Assembly (NCBI GenBank): GCA_035507635.1
Contig: DATJOA010000057.1
Span: forward strand, 40,372-104,371
Source of the DNA: Candidatus Acidiferrales bacterium
GTDB taxonomy: Bacteria; Acidobacteriota; Terriglobia; Terriglobales; Acidobacteriaceae
Length of the DNA stretch: 64,000 nt
Direction: 5' to 3'
The translations under genes and the position numbers were made by a program. Of this stretch, positions 44,071 through 53,835 are shown in pieces (position 1 is the stretch's first letter; the number at the start of each line of letters is the position of its first letter). The notes beneath the pieces are model-generated. The model worked only from the letters and a program-made list of their open reading frames with translations. It was not told where the DNA came from and searched no databases.

Positions 44071-45756
44071 TTAGTTTTCCGGATTCGAATAGCACAACTC
44101 GACGACCGTGCAGTCGTCGCTTAAGGGATTCCCGGCGCAGAACTCAGTCACGGCAGAAAAGATTCCTTCCAGGGTAGGGGACTTTATAGCTGCCGCTTCC
44201 AAACGGAAATCTTCAAAGAAATCTCCGCCAGGATTCTCGGCTTCCGTCACACCATCGGTGACGAGGATAAAGCGATCGCCGGATTTCATCTGGCACGTCG
44301 CGCTTTCGAACGTCGCATCGGCGAGCAATCCAACCGGGACGTTGCCATGGGGCGGCCGGATCACTTCCCCGCCGCATACCAGCAAGGGAGGCACGTGCCC
44401 GCAGTTCACGTATTCCAGTTCGCCGTCGCGGCGGAGTCGGGCCAGCAAAACCGTCGCATATTTCTCCCCGACCAGCTTGTCGGTGAAAAATCGGTTGACC
44501 GCGGCAATGACGTCGAGGAGCGGCATGCCCGAAAGAAGGTGTGAATAGATCATCCCCTGCAGGGTTGAGGCCAGCAGTGCCGCCGAAACTCCCTTGCCGC
44601 TCACATCGGCGAGAACGACTGCAAGTCCTTCTTTCGTATTCAGCGCGTCGAAGAAATCGCCTCCGATTTCTTTACAGGGCAGATTCTTTCCGCGCAGTCG
44701 CGCAAACGGCACTTCGGGAATCTTCACCTGCATCAGGCGCTGCTGAATGCTCGCCGCGATGCTGAGTTCCTGCTGATAGCGGCGCGCTTCTTCTTCCGCC
44801 TGCACCAGGCGCGCGTTTTCGATCAGCGACGCGGCTTCTGTCGCGATCGCGTGCAAAATGTCATGACCGACCCCGGTGATGTCGCGCGAGGCAAATCGCG
44901 AATCCACGTAAAGAACTCCCATCGCCTGCGCCGAAGCGGACGAGGGAACCGGCGTCTGCGCGTCGCGCGTCGCCTGAACCTGCAGCTTGCGCAAAGGAAT
45001 GCAGACCACGGTCCGCAGATCGTACGCGACAATGCTCTGGCGCCCCGCCATGTCGATCGACTGACTTGTATCGGTCAGCAGGAATTCCGAATTCGACCGC
45101 ATCGATTCTTCGAGAATCGAATGCGAAATGGTCTTGTCGTCGAGGAGCGGTTCTTTCTTGGCGTTGCGGCCCGCCGCGAGCCGCAGGTTGCCTTCCTCGT
45201 CTTTCAAAAAGACGAATGCGCGTTCGGCCCGCGTCAGCTGGAGGGTGACGTCGAGCATCGTCACAAGGATTTCATCGAGAACGCCCGCCGTATTCAGCTT
45301 GCGCGCTGCCTCCAGAAAGAGCCGCAGCGTTTCCAACTCAGTTGTCTCCGGCTTGATGCCGATGACGGAAATCTGGCTGAGGAACTCGCGGGCTGTATTG
45401 GAAGTCGCGTGCGCGGGATTGAACAGCACATAGGCCGAATCGCGCGCTCCAAATTCCAGCCGGTCTCCGCGCTCCAACTTCTGCTTCTGGACGCGCTCGC
45501 CGTTCACAAACGTGCCGTGTTTGCTGCCCAGGTCGACCAGGAAAAAGTCCAGGCCCTCCTGCATGATCTGCGCATGATCGCGCGAGACGCGCGGGTCGGC
45601 GATCACCAGATCCTTATCAACCTTGCGGCCTACCGTAAACGGCGTGCGATTGAGAACAATATTCTTTTGTTCGCTACCCTGAACAAACACGAGTGCGGGG
45701 AAAATTCCCGAACCTGAGCCGTGATGGCTGGGATGACTGATGGTGTTCAGAGCCAT
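44071..45756 (-). CDS. FHA - GAF - PP2C/SpoIIE-family protein phosphatase
   Basis: FHA region (FTVGRKVDKDLVIADPRVSRDHAQI...GSKHGTFVNG), a central GAF-like region, and a C-terminal PP2C with IGGDFFDAL and LVTDGVTEA. Confidence 0.88.
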   Translation of the reverse strand: MALNTISHPSHHGSGSGIFPALVFVQGSEQKNIVLNRTPFTVGRKVDKDLVIADPRVSRDHAQIMQEGLDFFLVDLGSKHGTFVNGERVQKQKLERGDRLEFGARDSAYVLFNPAHATSNTAREFLSQISVIGIKPETTELETLRLFLEAARKLNTAGVLDEILVTMLDVTLQLTRAERAFVFLKDEEGNLRLAAGRNAKKEPLLDDKTISHSILEESMRSNSEFLLTDTSQSIDMAGRQSIVAYDLRTVVCIPLRKLQVQATRDAQTPVPSSASAQAMGVLYVDSRFASRDITGVGHDILHAIATEAASLIENARLVQAEEEARRYQQELSIAASIQQRLMQVKIPEVPFARLRGKNLPCKEIGGDFFDALNTKEGLAVVLADVSGKGVSAALLASTLQGMIYSHLLSGMPLLDVIAAVNRFFTDKLVGEKYATVLLARLRRDGELEYVNCGHVPPLLVCGGEVIRPPHGNVPVGLLADATFESATCQMKSGDRFILVTDGVTEAENPGGDFFEDFRLEAAAIKSPTLEGIFSAVTEFCAGNPLSDDCTVVELCYSNPEN

Positions 45757-45823
45757 GAATGGTTATTCGGCGGAACTGTTGGCTGGGAGAAAATGCCACG
45801 TGGTCTCGCCTGTCGAACCCAGA

Positions 45824-47149
45824 CTACTCTGCTTTCGCGCCCTGCCGCAAGGTGGGCGGAGTGGCCTTCCCGGCGAGCTCTTTTTGCCCCAGCAAGACGT
45901 TCCGGCTTGCCCAAACGAGCGCCAGTACGGTAACCGGAATGTAATTGCTGGTATAAATCGGCGGCGCCCACGCATTCAGGATCGTCTTTCGCGGCAAGAG
46001 GAAATTCGCAACCACCAGTCCGGCCGCAGCGATCCACGGCCAAAACACACTCAGAACTGTTATCGCGGTCAGGACTCGCGAGATTCGAGACTTCGTCCAC
46101 AGGTCGCGAGCGGCGCGCGCCATGAACATCAGGACGGGAATCAGCAGGAGTTGGTTGTAGGGCGCGAACATCGGGATTACCGCAAGCGTTGTCGCCAGAA
46201 CCAACACGAGAGAATACTGAAACTCCACGGAATTCTCCGCAGCACGCCGCCAGTGCCAGAGCGCGATCAAAAGCGCGATCACCAGCAACGCAGAGACGAC
46301 GCGGCCGACCATAGGCGAAAGCAGAACGTCCAGCACGGAACGCCCTCCGCCTGTGTAGTTGTAATACGCAGCGGAGGCAGCGCGGAATTCCCTAATCCAG
46401 CCGGGAAGCAAGATTTCGGCTCCGACGACCAGGGCCGATGCCGAGAGGGTCATACTCCAAAAGAGTCGCTTGCGCTGGCGCCAGTTCCCCGAAACCCATA
46501 GGCAAAGCCACAACACCAGGAGAAAGACCAGCTGCGGTTTGATGCTCGCAACCGCAATGGCGACGCCGGCCCATACAAAGCGCCCGCGTGTGAGGGCTGC
46601 CAGCGATAATGCGAGTAGTCCGGCAACCAGGAGCGTCAACTGTTGCAATTTGAATCCTTGAATCGCGGGAAATGATCCCAGTACAAGGACCATCCAGATC
46701 AATTTCGATTCGAGGGTAAGCTGCCATTTCAGGGCATGCAGCCACAACAGCACCGAAGCCGCGGTGAATGCGACAAGAAAGCACAGGAAGATCCGCTGCA
46801 CCAGGGCAAATGGCAACCCGACCGTCGGAGCCAGCACGAACACGACATAGAGCGGATACGCGAAGGCCTGCTGATCCCTGGGATCATTCGGGCGCGAAGC
46901 ATCGAGCGCGCGGCCGTAGTATCCCCGCTGAATCTCGCGCGTGATCTCGGCGCCGTATGGATCGCGCCCATGGAAAAATAATTCCCGAGCTCCGAGCCAT
47001 CGCGGATACAGATCGGATAGATTCCCCCGGGGAATTCCTTGCACGGCCGACTCTGTCTGCTGACGCGGAATCGCAATCCGCTGGACCCAAAGCCACATCG
47101 CCAACGCGGCGAGGAACGCTCCAAGTAAGAGATAGGGTCGTTTCGACAT
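45824..47149 (-). CDS. polytopic GT-C-type membrane glycosyltransferase (GT87/DUF2029-like), paralog B
   Basis: About 10 hydrophobic segments. The first periplasmic loop reads SDLYPRWLGARELFFHGRDPY ... FAYPLYV, resembling the DUF2029 pattern. Confidence 0.7.
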   Translation of the reverse strand: MSKRPYLLLGAFLAALAMWLWVQRIAIPRQQTESAVQGIPRGNLSDLYPRWLGARELFFHGRDPYGAEITREIQRGYYGRALDASRPNDPRDQQAFAYPLYVVFVLAPTVGLPFALVQRIFLCFLVAFTAASVLLWLHALKWQLTLESKLIWMVLVLGSFPAIQGFKLQQLTLLVAGLLALSLAALTRGRFVWAGVAIAVASIKPQLVFLLVLWLCLWVSGNWRQRKRLFWSMTLSASALVVGAEILLPGWIREFRAASAAYYNYTGGGRSVLDVLLSPMVGRVVSALLVIALLIALWHWRRAAENSVEFQYSLVLVLATTLAVIPMFAPYNQLLLIPVLMFMARAARDLWTKSRISRVLTAITVLSVFWPWIAAAGLVVANFLLPRKTILNAWAPPIYTSNYIPVTVLALVWASRNVLLGQKELAGKATPPTLRQGAKAE

Positions 47150-47152
47150 TTC

Positions 47153-48397
47153 TTAGATAGCCGGCACCGCGGTCGTTTCTTTGCTGGTCCTCGTCCTAAG
47201 GATTTCGCTGCGTATCGCAAACAGCCACCACACCAGGAAGAACGCCATCACGTTGATTCTCTCCCATCGCAACCACAGAAAAAACCAGAGCGGGCTGATT
47301 AGCAAGGGAATGACTGGCACGAACAGACTCGCTCTGGACGTCTGCTCGGCAACGTACTCCGCGACCAGGGCAAGCGGCACAACTAATAGAGATAGATCGT
47401 AGGTATTCGTACTGTATCCGGCCAGAACGGATGCAACCACCGCGCACGAAAAGCAAAGCCCGAACAAGCGCCGGTCGTCGGCAAACTTCCCGAGCCATGC
47501 CACTGTGATCAGAAGTGCGATTGCTCCGCCGAGGGCCACAGCTTTTATCCATGTTGCTGCGCCCAGCCAAGGCCACCCGCCCAGAAGCCCGAGCAGGTTT
47601 GGAAGCTGGCGAAGTGGGATGCCTCCAAATCCCGGCACTGAGACGATTCGCCACGCGTAGCCAGGGTATTGCAATAGCCCGTGCCATCCCACGAGCGCCG
47701 CCGAGATCGTGAACAGGAAGCCCACTATTGCGATGAATCCCAGCGCCAGTTTCCGGCCCTTCCATACGATCAGGAGCAAGACCAAAGCCAGGATCAAGTG
47801 ATACTTGAACATCCCAAACCCAAGCCAGCAGCCCGCCGCGAAATCCGATCTTCGATCGATGGCGCGGAAGGCTAAGGCCAGCAGCAATAGGAGCAAGATC
47901 GAATCCTGCCCCTGATGAAAGGTCGCGAAGACGGGGAAAAATGCAAGGACTGCCAGAAGCAGGAGGGACAGGGGAATCTGCCGCAAGCGCTCGAGAGAAC
48001 TTCTTAAGATCAAAACAACACCGATCAGCATGCCCAAATTCGCCAGATCCCACACGACAAATGCGACTGGATACGAGAGAAGGGTCAGGGGAACGAAAGC
48101 CACGGCCTCGAAAGGCGGATGGATGAACGGGAGCGGCCCGCGCCGGATCAGCGCATTCGATGTGAACTCGCGCTGGACCATGTGCTGAACGCTCGGATCA
48201 TAAAGCTGCGCCCCGCGGCCCTGGCGCAGAATCCGGGCCGCCGTGTAGAAAACGGTGAAATCCGGATCGCCTCGTGCGATGCGCCCCCGGACATGCCAAA
48301 GGAAAAATCCATGGGTTGCGACAACGGCAACTATAAACAGCAGACCCATGGCTTTATAGGATCGCGACGAACCCGACCTGAGCCTGGAGATGTTCAA
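47153..48397 (-). CDS. polytopic GT-C-type membrane glycosyltransferase (GT87/DUF2029-like), paralog A
   Basis: DPDFTVFYTAARILRQGRGAQLYD ... PFIHPPFEA, the DUF2029-type first loop. Polytopic. Its stop lies 3 nt before the start of paralog B. Confidence 0.72.
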   Translation of the reverse strand: MNISRLRSGSSRSYKAMGLLFIVAVVATHGFFLWHVRGRIARGDPDFTVFYTAARILRQGRGAQLYDPSVQHMVQREFTSNALIRRGPLPFIHPPFEAVAFVPLTLLSYPVAFVVWDLANLGMLIGVVLILRSSLERLRQIPLSLLLLAVLAFFPVFATFHQGQDSILLLLLLALAFRAIDRRSDFAAGCWLGFGMFKYHLILALVLLLIVWKGRKLALGFIAIVGFLFTISAALVGWHGLLQYPGYAWRIVSVPGFGGIPLRQLPNLLGLLGGWPWLGAATWIKAVALGGAIALLITVAWLGKFADDRRLFGLCFSCAVVASVLAGYSTNTYDLSLLVVPLALVAEYVAEQTSRASLFVPVIPLLISPLWFFLWLRWERINVMAFFLVWWLFAIRSEILRTRTSKETTAVPAI

Positions 48398-48595
48398 TTG
48401 TTTGGATCGAATGTGATTCTATCGCCCTCCGACGCACCTTTCTATCGGCAAGCAAGGAACACGCCCGCCAGCCCGGGCCGGAACAAAAAAGGGACTGGTT
48501 GTACCTGCCAGCCGAAGTCGCTTTTGGTACACTTGTGGGCCTTGGACGGCGCGTATCTCCTTGATTACCGAGGGGTGTTGCCGAACTGCAAGAAT

Positions 48596-48626
48596 TTGTC
48601 ACATTCCTTCAAGATGCGGGTATGAT
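48596..48626 (+). promoter_or_regulatory. candidate sigma70-type promoter for flp (TTGTCA-19 nt-TATGAT)
   Basis: The hexamers are near consensus but the spacer is long (19 nt). It would give a ~100-nt leader containing the hairpin at 48639-48659 (GAGTGGCGGC-ga-GCCGCACTC). Confidence 0.3.
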
Positions 48627-48731
48627 TACACGTAAGTCGAGTGGCGGCGAGCCGCACTCAGTGTTCCCAGCTAGGCTCGCGCGGAACCATTTCTTTAATT
48701 GATCTCAAAAGCGCGGCAGGAGAAAAACACA

Positions 48732-48899
48732 ATGTTCCTAGAACGCATGCGTGGGCTTTGGTGTGAAGAAGAGGGGCAGGACATCGCGGAATATGCCGTA
48801 ATGCTCGCCGTCATTCTGGTGATCGTGGTCGGGACCATTCGCCTGATCGGCTCTAACGCGAATAATGTCTTCTCAAACGTCGCCAGTTCAATCCAGTAA
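48732..48899 (+). CDS. flp: Flp-family type IVb pilin
   Basis: AGGAG lies 9 nt before ATG 48732. Processing motif G/QDIAEYAVMLAVILVIVV (G-XXXXEY) followed by the hydrophobic helix. 55 aa. Confidence 0.9.
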   Translation: MFLERMRGLWCEEEGQDIAEYAVMLAVILVIVVGTIRLIGSNANNVFSNVASSIQ

Positions 48900-48948
48900 C
48901 AGTCAGTTTGCGCGAACGTCAGGAAGATAAGCTCGTCGAAGGATTTGT

Positions 48949-49809
48949 ATGAATCGCACACGTTTGTTGATGATCGGCGTTGTTGCCGTTGCCTTGGGTT
49001 TGCTGACCAGTATGTACGTCTACAAGACCCTGCAGAAAGGTAGCGGGGGAGGCGAGCCGGGCGTTGAGGTCATGGTAGCCGCCAACGACCTGCAGGTGGG
49101 AGCGCGAGTCGAAGAGAAAGATATCAAGGTCATCCACATTCCGGCCACGGACCTTCCGCCGGGCGCTCCACGAAAACGATCCGAGGTCTTGGGCCATGGC
49201 GTGATCATTCCCATCTCCAAGGGCGAATTCATTCTGCCCAACCGCTTGGCTGCCGAGAACGCCGGCGCCGGACTCCCATCCTTGATCCCTCCGGGGATGC
49301 GCGCCGTCTCCGTCCGCGTGAATGAAGTTGTGTCGGTCGCAGGATTCGTTACACCCGGAACGCGCGTCGACGTCCTTCTTACCGGAACTCCCGGCGCCTC
49401 TGGCGACGAGCAAACCACCACGGTTCTGCAAAATGTCGCAGTTCTCGCCTCGGGCCACACTCTGGAAAGAACCTCGAGCGGCGAAGCGCAGAACACCGCC
49501 GTGATCACGCTGCTGGTCTCGCCTGAGGACGCCCAGCGCCTGACGCTTGCCAGTTCCGAGGGACACATTCAGCTTGCGCTGCGCAATCCACTCGATACCA
49601 AGCAGGATAGCGTTCAATCCTCGAGCGCCAGAGGTCTTTACGGCGCGAGCGCAGCGCCGGTTCCGGTGCATGCGGCTGTTCATCATGTCATGACTGCCAA
49701 GGTTGCACCACCGCCTCCGGCGTCCACCGGAGTCAGTGTCGAGGTCTATCAGGGCGACCGGAAAGAACAGGTTGTGAATTGCGGCGATCAGGGGTGTGAG
49801 TCCAAGTGA
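48949..49809 (+). CDS. cpaB: Flp pilus assembly protein CpaB/RcpC
   Basis: N-terminal anchor MNRTRLLMIGVVAVALGLL, a SAF-like region and an RcpC beta-clip region. Positioned between flp and the secretin. Confidence 0.88.
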   Translation: MNRTRLLMIGVVAVALGLLTSMYVYKTLQKGSGGGEPGVEVMVAANDLQVGARVEEKDIKVIHIPATDLPPGAPRKRSEVLGHGVIIPISKGEFILPNRLAAENAGAGLPSLIPPGMRAVSVRVNEVVSVAGFVTPGTRVDVLLTGTPGASGDEQTTTVLQNVAVLASGHTLERTSSGEAQNTAVITLLVSPEDAQRLTLASSEGHIQLALRNPLDTKQDSVQSSSARGLYGASAAPVPVHAAVHHVMTAKVAPPPPASTGVSVEVYQGDRKEQVVNCGDQGCESK

Positions 49810-49883
49810 TTCCCAAAGGGCGTCGTTCGCAATCTGCCTGTCGTCTCATCATCAAGTTTCCTTCCACGGAGACTCATCTGAAA

Positions 49884-51281
49884 ATGAAATTGCGCACTTC
49901 GTTGTTCGGGGCTCTCGTGCTTGCGGCGGCATTGGTTTTGTCTGCATCCGCCGAAAGTATGCAACAGGCGGAAACCGCGCCCCAATCTCAGGCTCCGGTT
50001 CCGACACAAACTCAGACCACGACCCTTCCCAGCCAGCCACAGCAAACGCAAGGATCGGCGCCGCTGCGGGTTATGGTTGGCAAATCGCTCCTGATCAACA
50101 CCACTGAACGCCTGAAGCGCATTTCGATCACCGACCCCTCGATCGCCTTTGCCCAGGTTGTGACGCCAACGCAGATTTTGGTTCATGGCAAGGCTCCCGG
50201 CGAAGTTTCACTCCTGATCTGGGATGAGTTGGAACGCTCGCGCAGTTTCGACCTTCGCGTCGATGTCGACGTGAGCGCCTGCGCGGAAGAAGAACACCGC
50301 GTGTTTCCCGACGAGCAGATTACCGTGACGCCTTCGCGCGCAGCTATTGTGCTTTCGGGGCACGTTTCCAATGAGGATGTTGCCAAGCGTGCCGGAGAAC
50401 TCGCGGGAGCGTATTCGCCGAAAGTCGTCAACGTGCTGACTTTTGGCCCAGTCGGCGCCCAGGAAATCCTTTTGCAGGTGAAATTTGCCGAGGTCGACCG
50501 CACCGTGCTCACGCAGATGGGTGTCAACTTCCTCTCGACGGGCGCGACCAATACGATCGGCACTATTACGACCGGCCAGTATGGCGGCTTCGGCCAGCAG
50601 AACCTGACTACTCTCAATGGCCAGACCACGTCTGAAAGCCAGACTATCAACAACGTCCTGAACCTGTTCGTCTTCCGTCCGGACATCAATTTCGGCGCAA
50701 TCATCGAAGCTCTGGAAACAAAAAACCTGCTGCAGATTTTGGCCGAACCGAACCTCATCGCCCTGAACGGCAAACAAGCCAGCTTCCTCGCCGGTGGGCA
50801 GTTCCCTTTCCCGATTGTTCAGCCCGGCGCGGGGTTTACCGCGGTCACCATCTCATTCAAGGAGTTTGGAGTTCGTCTTCAATTCACGCCCGAAATCATG
50901 CCGAACGGGAATATCCATCTGAAAGTTGCGCCCGAAGTGAGCACGCTGGATTTTGCCAATGCCTTGACGATCTCCGGATTTACCGTTCCCGCCCTGAGCA
51001 CGCGCAAAGCGGAAACTGAATTCGAATTGCAGGATGGCCAGAGTTTCGTCATTGCCGGCCTGATGGATAACCGCGTCACCGACATCTACAACAAGATCCC
51101 CGGGCTGGGCGACATCCCAATCCTGGGAACTTTTTTCCGCAGCAAGAGCGTTCAGAAGAGCAATTCGGAGTTGATGGTGTTATGCACCGTGCACCGCGTG
51201 TCGCCAACGACCGAACAACCGGCCGGGCCTAAACCTGTCCAGCCCTACATGAACACTGGCAAGTTTGATAAGAGCAAATAG
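49884..51281 (+). CDS. cpaC: Tad secretin CpaC/RcpA
   Basis: Signal peptide from ATG 49884 (MKLRTSLFGALVLAAALVLSASA), a BON-like region, and the secretin C-terminus (IPGLGDIPILGTFFRSKS...ELMVLCT). Confidence 0.9.
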   Translation: MKLRTSLFGALVLAAALVLSASAESMQQAETAPQSQAPVPTQTQTTTLPSQPQQTQGSAPLRVMVGKSLLINTTERLKRISITDPSIAFAQVVTPTQILVHGKAPGEVSLLIWDELERSRSFDLRVDVDVSACAEEEHRVFPDEQITVTPSRAAIVLSGHVSNEDVAKRAGELAGAYSPKVVNVLTFGPVGAQEILLQVKFAEVDRTVLTQMGVNFLSTGATNTIGTITTGQYGGFGQQNLTTLNGQTTSESQTINNVLNLFVFRPDINFGAIIEALETKNLLQILAEPNLIALNGKQASFLAGGQFPFPIVQPGAGFTAVTISFKEFGVRLQFTPEIMPNGNIHLKVAPEVSTLDFANALTISGFTVPALSTRKAETEFELQDGQSFVIAGLMDNRVTDIYNKIPGLGDIPILGTFFRSKSVQKSNSELMVLCTVHRVSPTTEQPAGPKPVQPYMNTGKFDKSK

Positions 51282-51345
51282 GCGCGGTTTCTCCGCATGA
51301 AGCCGCCAGGAAAGTGCAAGAAGAAAGTAAAAGCCGCAGGGTGTT

Positions 51346-52518
51346 ATGCCGGAGCTTTCAGTCGTTATCGTTGCTACTGACAATGAACAGCGCGCGCTGC
51401 TTCAGGTGCTCGTCGATGGCACCAACGTGGCCCGCACCGTCCATACCTGCGCGAATTTTCCAGTGGCGGCATCCGACCCGATTACGCGTCGCGTGCGCGC
51501 GGCAACTCCAGATGTAACTCTCGTCGATATTCCATCGGACAACGCTCCAATCGCCCTCCGCGCGATTGAATTGCTTCATCAGGAACTGCCTGACACCGCG
51601 ATCTTCGCCATTGGGACTCTCAATCACCCGCAGGTGATCGTCAACGCCATGCGCGCCGGAGCTCGCGAGTTCATCGAACGTCCGACGAACACCACGGATC
51701 TTCTCGAGGCCTTCGTACGCCTCACGAGCGCGCAACGCCGCGGACGTCAGGAAGGATTGCGCGGCAAGGTTTTTTCCGTCATCAACGCCAAAGGCGGAAA
51801 CGGCGCTACGACCGTTGCGGTGAATCTCGCTCTGGCATTGCAATCCGCGTACGGACAAACCGCTCTGGTGGATCTCGCCCCCCTTGGCCATGCTGCCCTG
51901 CACATGAATCTGAAGCCGGTCTTCACTGTGGCCGATGCCACCCGCAACCTTCATCGCATGGACGCTTCCCTGCTCGAAAGTTTCATGACGCGCCACAGTG
52001 GCGGATTGCAACTGCTCGCCGGCACGAACGTGCCCGCAGCCGTCGATCCATCGACCGCCGAATTCGTTCGATTGTTCGACATGCTGGTCACGCACTATCG
52101 CTACGTAGTAGTCGATGCCTCTTCGCGCTTTGACGCGGCCAGCCGTTTGATCGCCAGCCTGTCGGAAATGGTTCTGCTGGTCGCCTGCAGCGATGTGGCA
52201 TCGCTGTGGAGCGCGGCCCGCGTGCAACAGTACCTGGGAGAGACGGGAAGCCGGGAGCGCGTCCGCCTGGTTCTGAATCGTTACCGCAAGGTTCCCGGAT
52301 TCAGCGAAGCCGACGCCGAGGCCGCCGTGGGCGCCAAGCTGATATGGCATGTTCCCAATCAATATTTCGCGGTGTCAAATGCCATCGATCGCGGAACGCC
52401 GGTGATGGATCAACGCAATTCCGAAATTGCCCGCTGCTTTGCGGGATTGGCGCAGGAACTGACGCGCAACGATGCCGAAGTAAAACGCGCCGCCTGGTCG
52501 CTATTCAAGTCGGTTTAG
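51346..52518 (+). CDS. tadZ: TadZ/CpaE: atypical receiver domain + ParA/MinD-like ATPase
   Basis: Pseudo-receiver N-terminus (the conserved Lys position reads ERP). Deviant Walker A NAKGGNGATTVAVNLA. Confidence 0.88.
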   Translation: MPELSVVIVATDNEQRALLQVLVDGTNVARTVHTCANFPVAASDPITRRVRAATPDVTLVDIPSDNAPIALRAIELLHQELPDTAIFAIGTLNHPQVIVNAMRAGAREFIERPTNTTDLLEAFVRLTSAQRRGRQEGLRGKVFSVINAKGGNGATTVAVNLALALQSAYGQTALVDLAPLGHAALHMNLKPVFTVADATRNLHRMDASLLESFMTRHSGGLQLLAGTNVPAAVDPSTAEFVRLFDMLVTHYRYVVVDASSRFDAASRLIASLSEMVLLVACSDVASLWSAARVQQYLGETGSRERVRLVLNRYRKVPGFSEADAEAAVGAKLIWHVPNQYFAVSNAIDRGTPVMDQRNSEIARCFAGLAQELTRNDAEVKRAAWSLFKSV

Positions 52519-52531
52519 GATGTAAGGGGTT

Positions 52532-53827
52532 ATGGCAAATCTTCAATCGTTCGAGCGCACCGACTACCAACAGGTAAAGGCGGACCTGCACCGCAAGATT
52601 CTGGACCGGCTCGATCTCGAAAAACTCGGCAAAACCTCCGGCGACTCGGCCCGCGACGAAGTACTGGTCGTGATCCGCAGCGCGGTAAACGGCGAAGTCG
52701 TTCCTCTTAGCTTCGCGGAGCGCGAGCGCCTTTCACGCGAAATTCTCGACGAAATCTTCGGACTTGGCCCGCTGGAACAGCTGCTCAAAGATCCCAACGT
52801 CTCCGACATCCTGGTGAACCGCTACGATCGCGTCTACATCGAGAAAGCCGGCAAGCTTGAGCTCACCACACTTGCCTTCAAAGACAACACGCACTTAATG
52901 CAGATCATCGAGCGTATCGTCTCGCGCGTCGGACGCCGCGTCGACGAATCCTCGCCGATGGTGGACGCTCGACTCGCCGACGGATCCCGCGTGAACGCCA
53001 TTATTCCGCCGCTCGCGCTCGATGGTCCATGCCTCTCGATCCGCCGCTTTGGACGCGAGCCCGTCACCGCGCGCCAGATGATTGAAAATCAGACCCTGAC
53101 CGAATCGATGCTCGAACTGCTCTCGGCCATGGTGAAAGGCCGCCTGAATATTCTGGTCTCGGGTGGGACCGGCGCCGGCAAAACCACGATCCTCAACGTA
53201 CTTTCCGGATACATCCCCAATGTCGAGCGCGTTGTCACCATCGAAGACGCGGCTGAATTGCAGTTGAAACAGGAAAACATTGTCCGGCTGGAAACGCGTC
53301 CGCCGAACATCGAAGGCAAGGGCGCCATCCGGCAGCGGCAGCTCGTAATCAACAGCTTGCGTATGCGTCCCGACCGCATCGTGGTTGGCGAGGTGCGCGG
53401 CGAAGAAGCCTTTGACATGTTGCAGGCTATGAACACCGGCCACGAAGGATCGCTGACCACCGTTCACGCAAACTCTCCCCGTGACGCCATGGCTCGTATC
53501 GAAAACATGGTCTCGATGGCGAATCTCAATATTCCCGAGCGGGCCGTGCGCCACCAGATTTCTTCCGCGGTTCATGCGGTGATCCAGATCGCGCGTTTAT
53601 CTGACGGCACGCGCAAAGTAATTCATATCTCTGAAATCACCGGCATGCACGACGATGCCATTGCGATGCAGGATATTTTTGTCTTCGACCGCAGTGGAAT
53701 TGACGAGAACGGCAAAGTGCGCGGCGCGTTCCGGGCTACGGGAGTTCGGCCGAAGTTCGCCGATCGTCTGGCGACTGCCGGAGCCCGGCTGCGTCCTGCG
53801 CTGTTTGAATCGAAAGCTGAGGTTTAG
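52532..53827 (+). CDS. tadA: Tad secretion ATPase CpaF/TadA
   Basis: Walker [10 protein letters not shown], Walker B VTIEDAAE, and the His box region. Confidence 0.95.
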   Translation: MANLQSFERTDYQQVKADLHRKILDRLDLEKLGKTSGDSARDEVLVVIRSAVNGEVVPLSFAERERLSREILDEIFGLGPLEQLLKDPNVSDILVNRYDRVYIEKAGKLELTTLAFKDNTHLMQIIERIVSRVGRRVDESSPMVDARLADGSRVNAIIPPLALDGPCLSIRRFGREPVTARQMIENQTLTESMLELLSAMVKGRLNILVSGGTGAGKTTILNVLSGYIPNVERVVTIEDAAELQLKQENIVRLETRPPNIEGKGAIRQRQLVINSLRMRPDRIVVGEVRGEEAFDMLQAMNTGHEGSLTTVHANSPRDAMARIENMVSMANLNIPERAVRHQISSAVHAVIQIARLSDGTRKVIHISEITGMHDDAIAMQDIFVFDRSGIDENGKVRGAFRATGVRPKFADRLATAGARLRPALFESKAEV

Positions 53828-53835
53828 GGTCCTAT

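Noticed and set aside
48525-48540. Sigma54-like element TGGTAC-N-TTGTGGGC upstream of flp.
   Set aside because: The GG-to-GC spacing is one nucleotide too long, the -12 region does not read TTGC, and no enhancer-binding protein gene is adjacent.
48398-48731. c-di-GMP or other riboswitch in the flp leader. Mn, fluoride and guanidine riboswitches were also considered upstream of the membrane-protein genes at 60518-60687 and 61321-61545.
   Set aside because: I could not find the conserved core sequences of these riboswitch classes by eye. This needs a covariance-model scan to settle.
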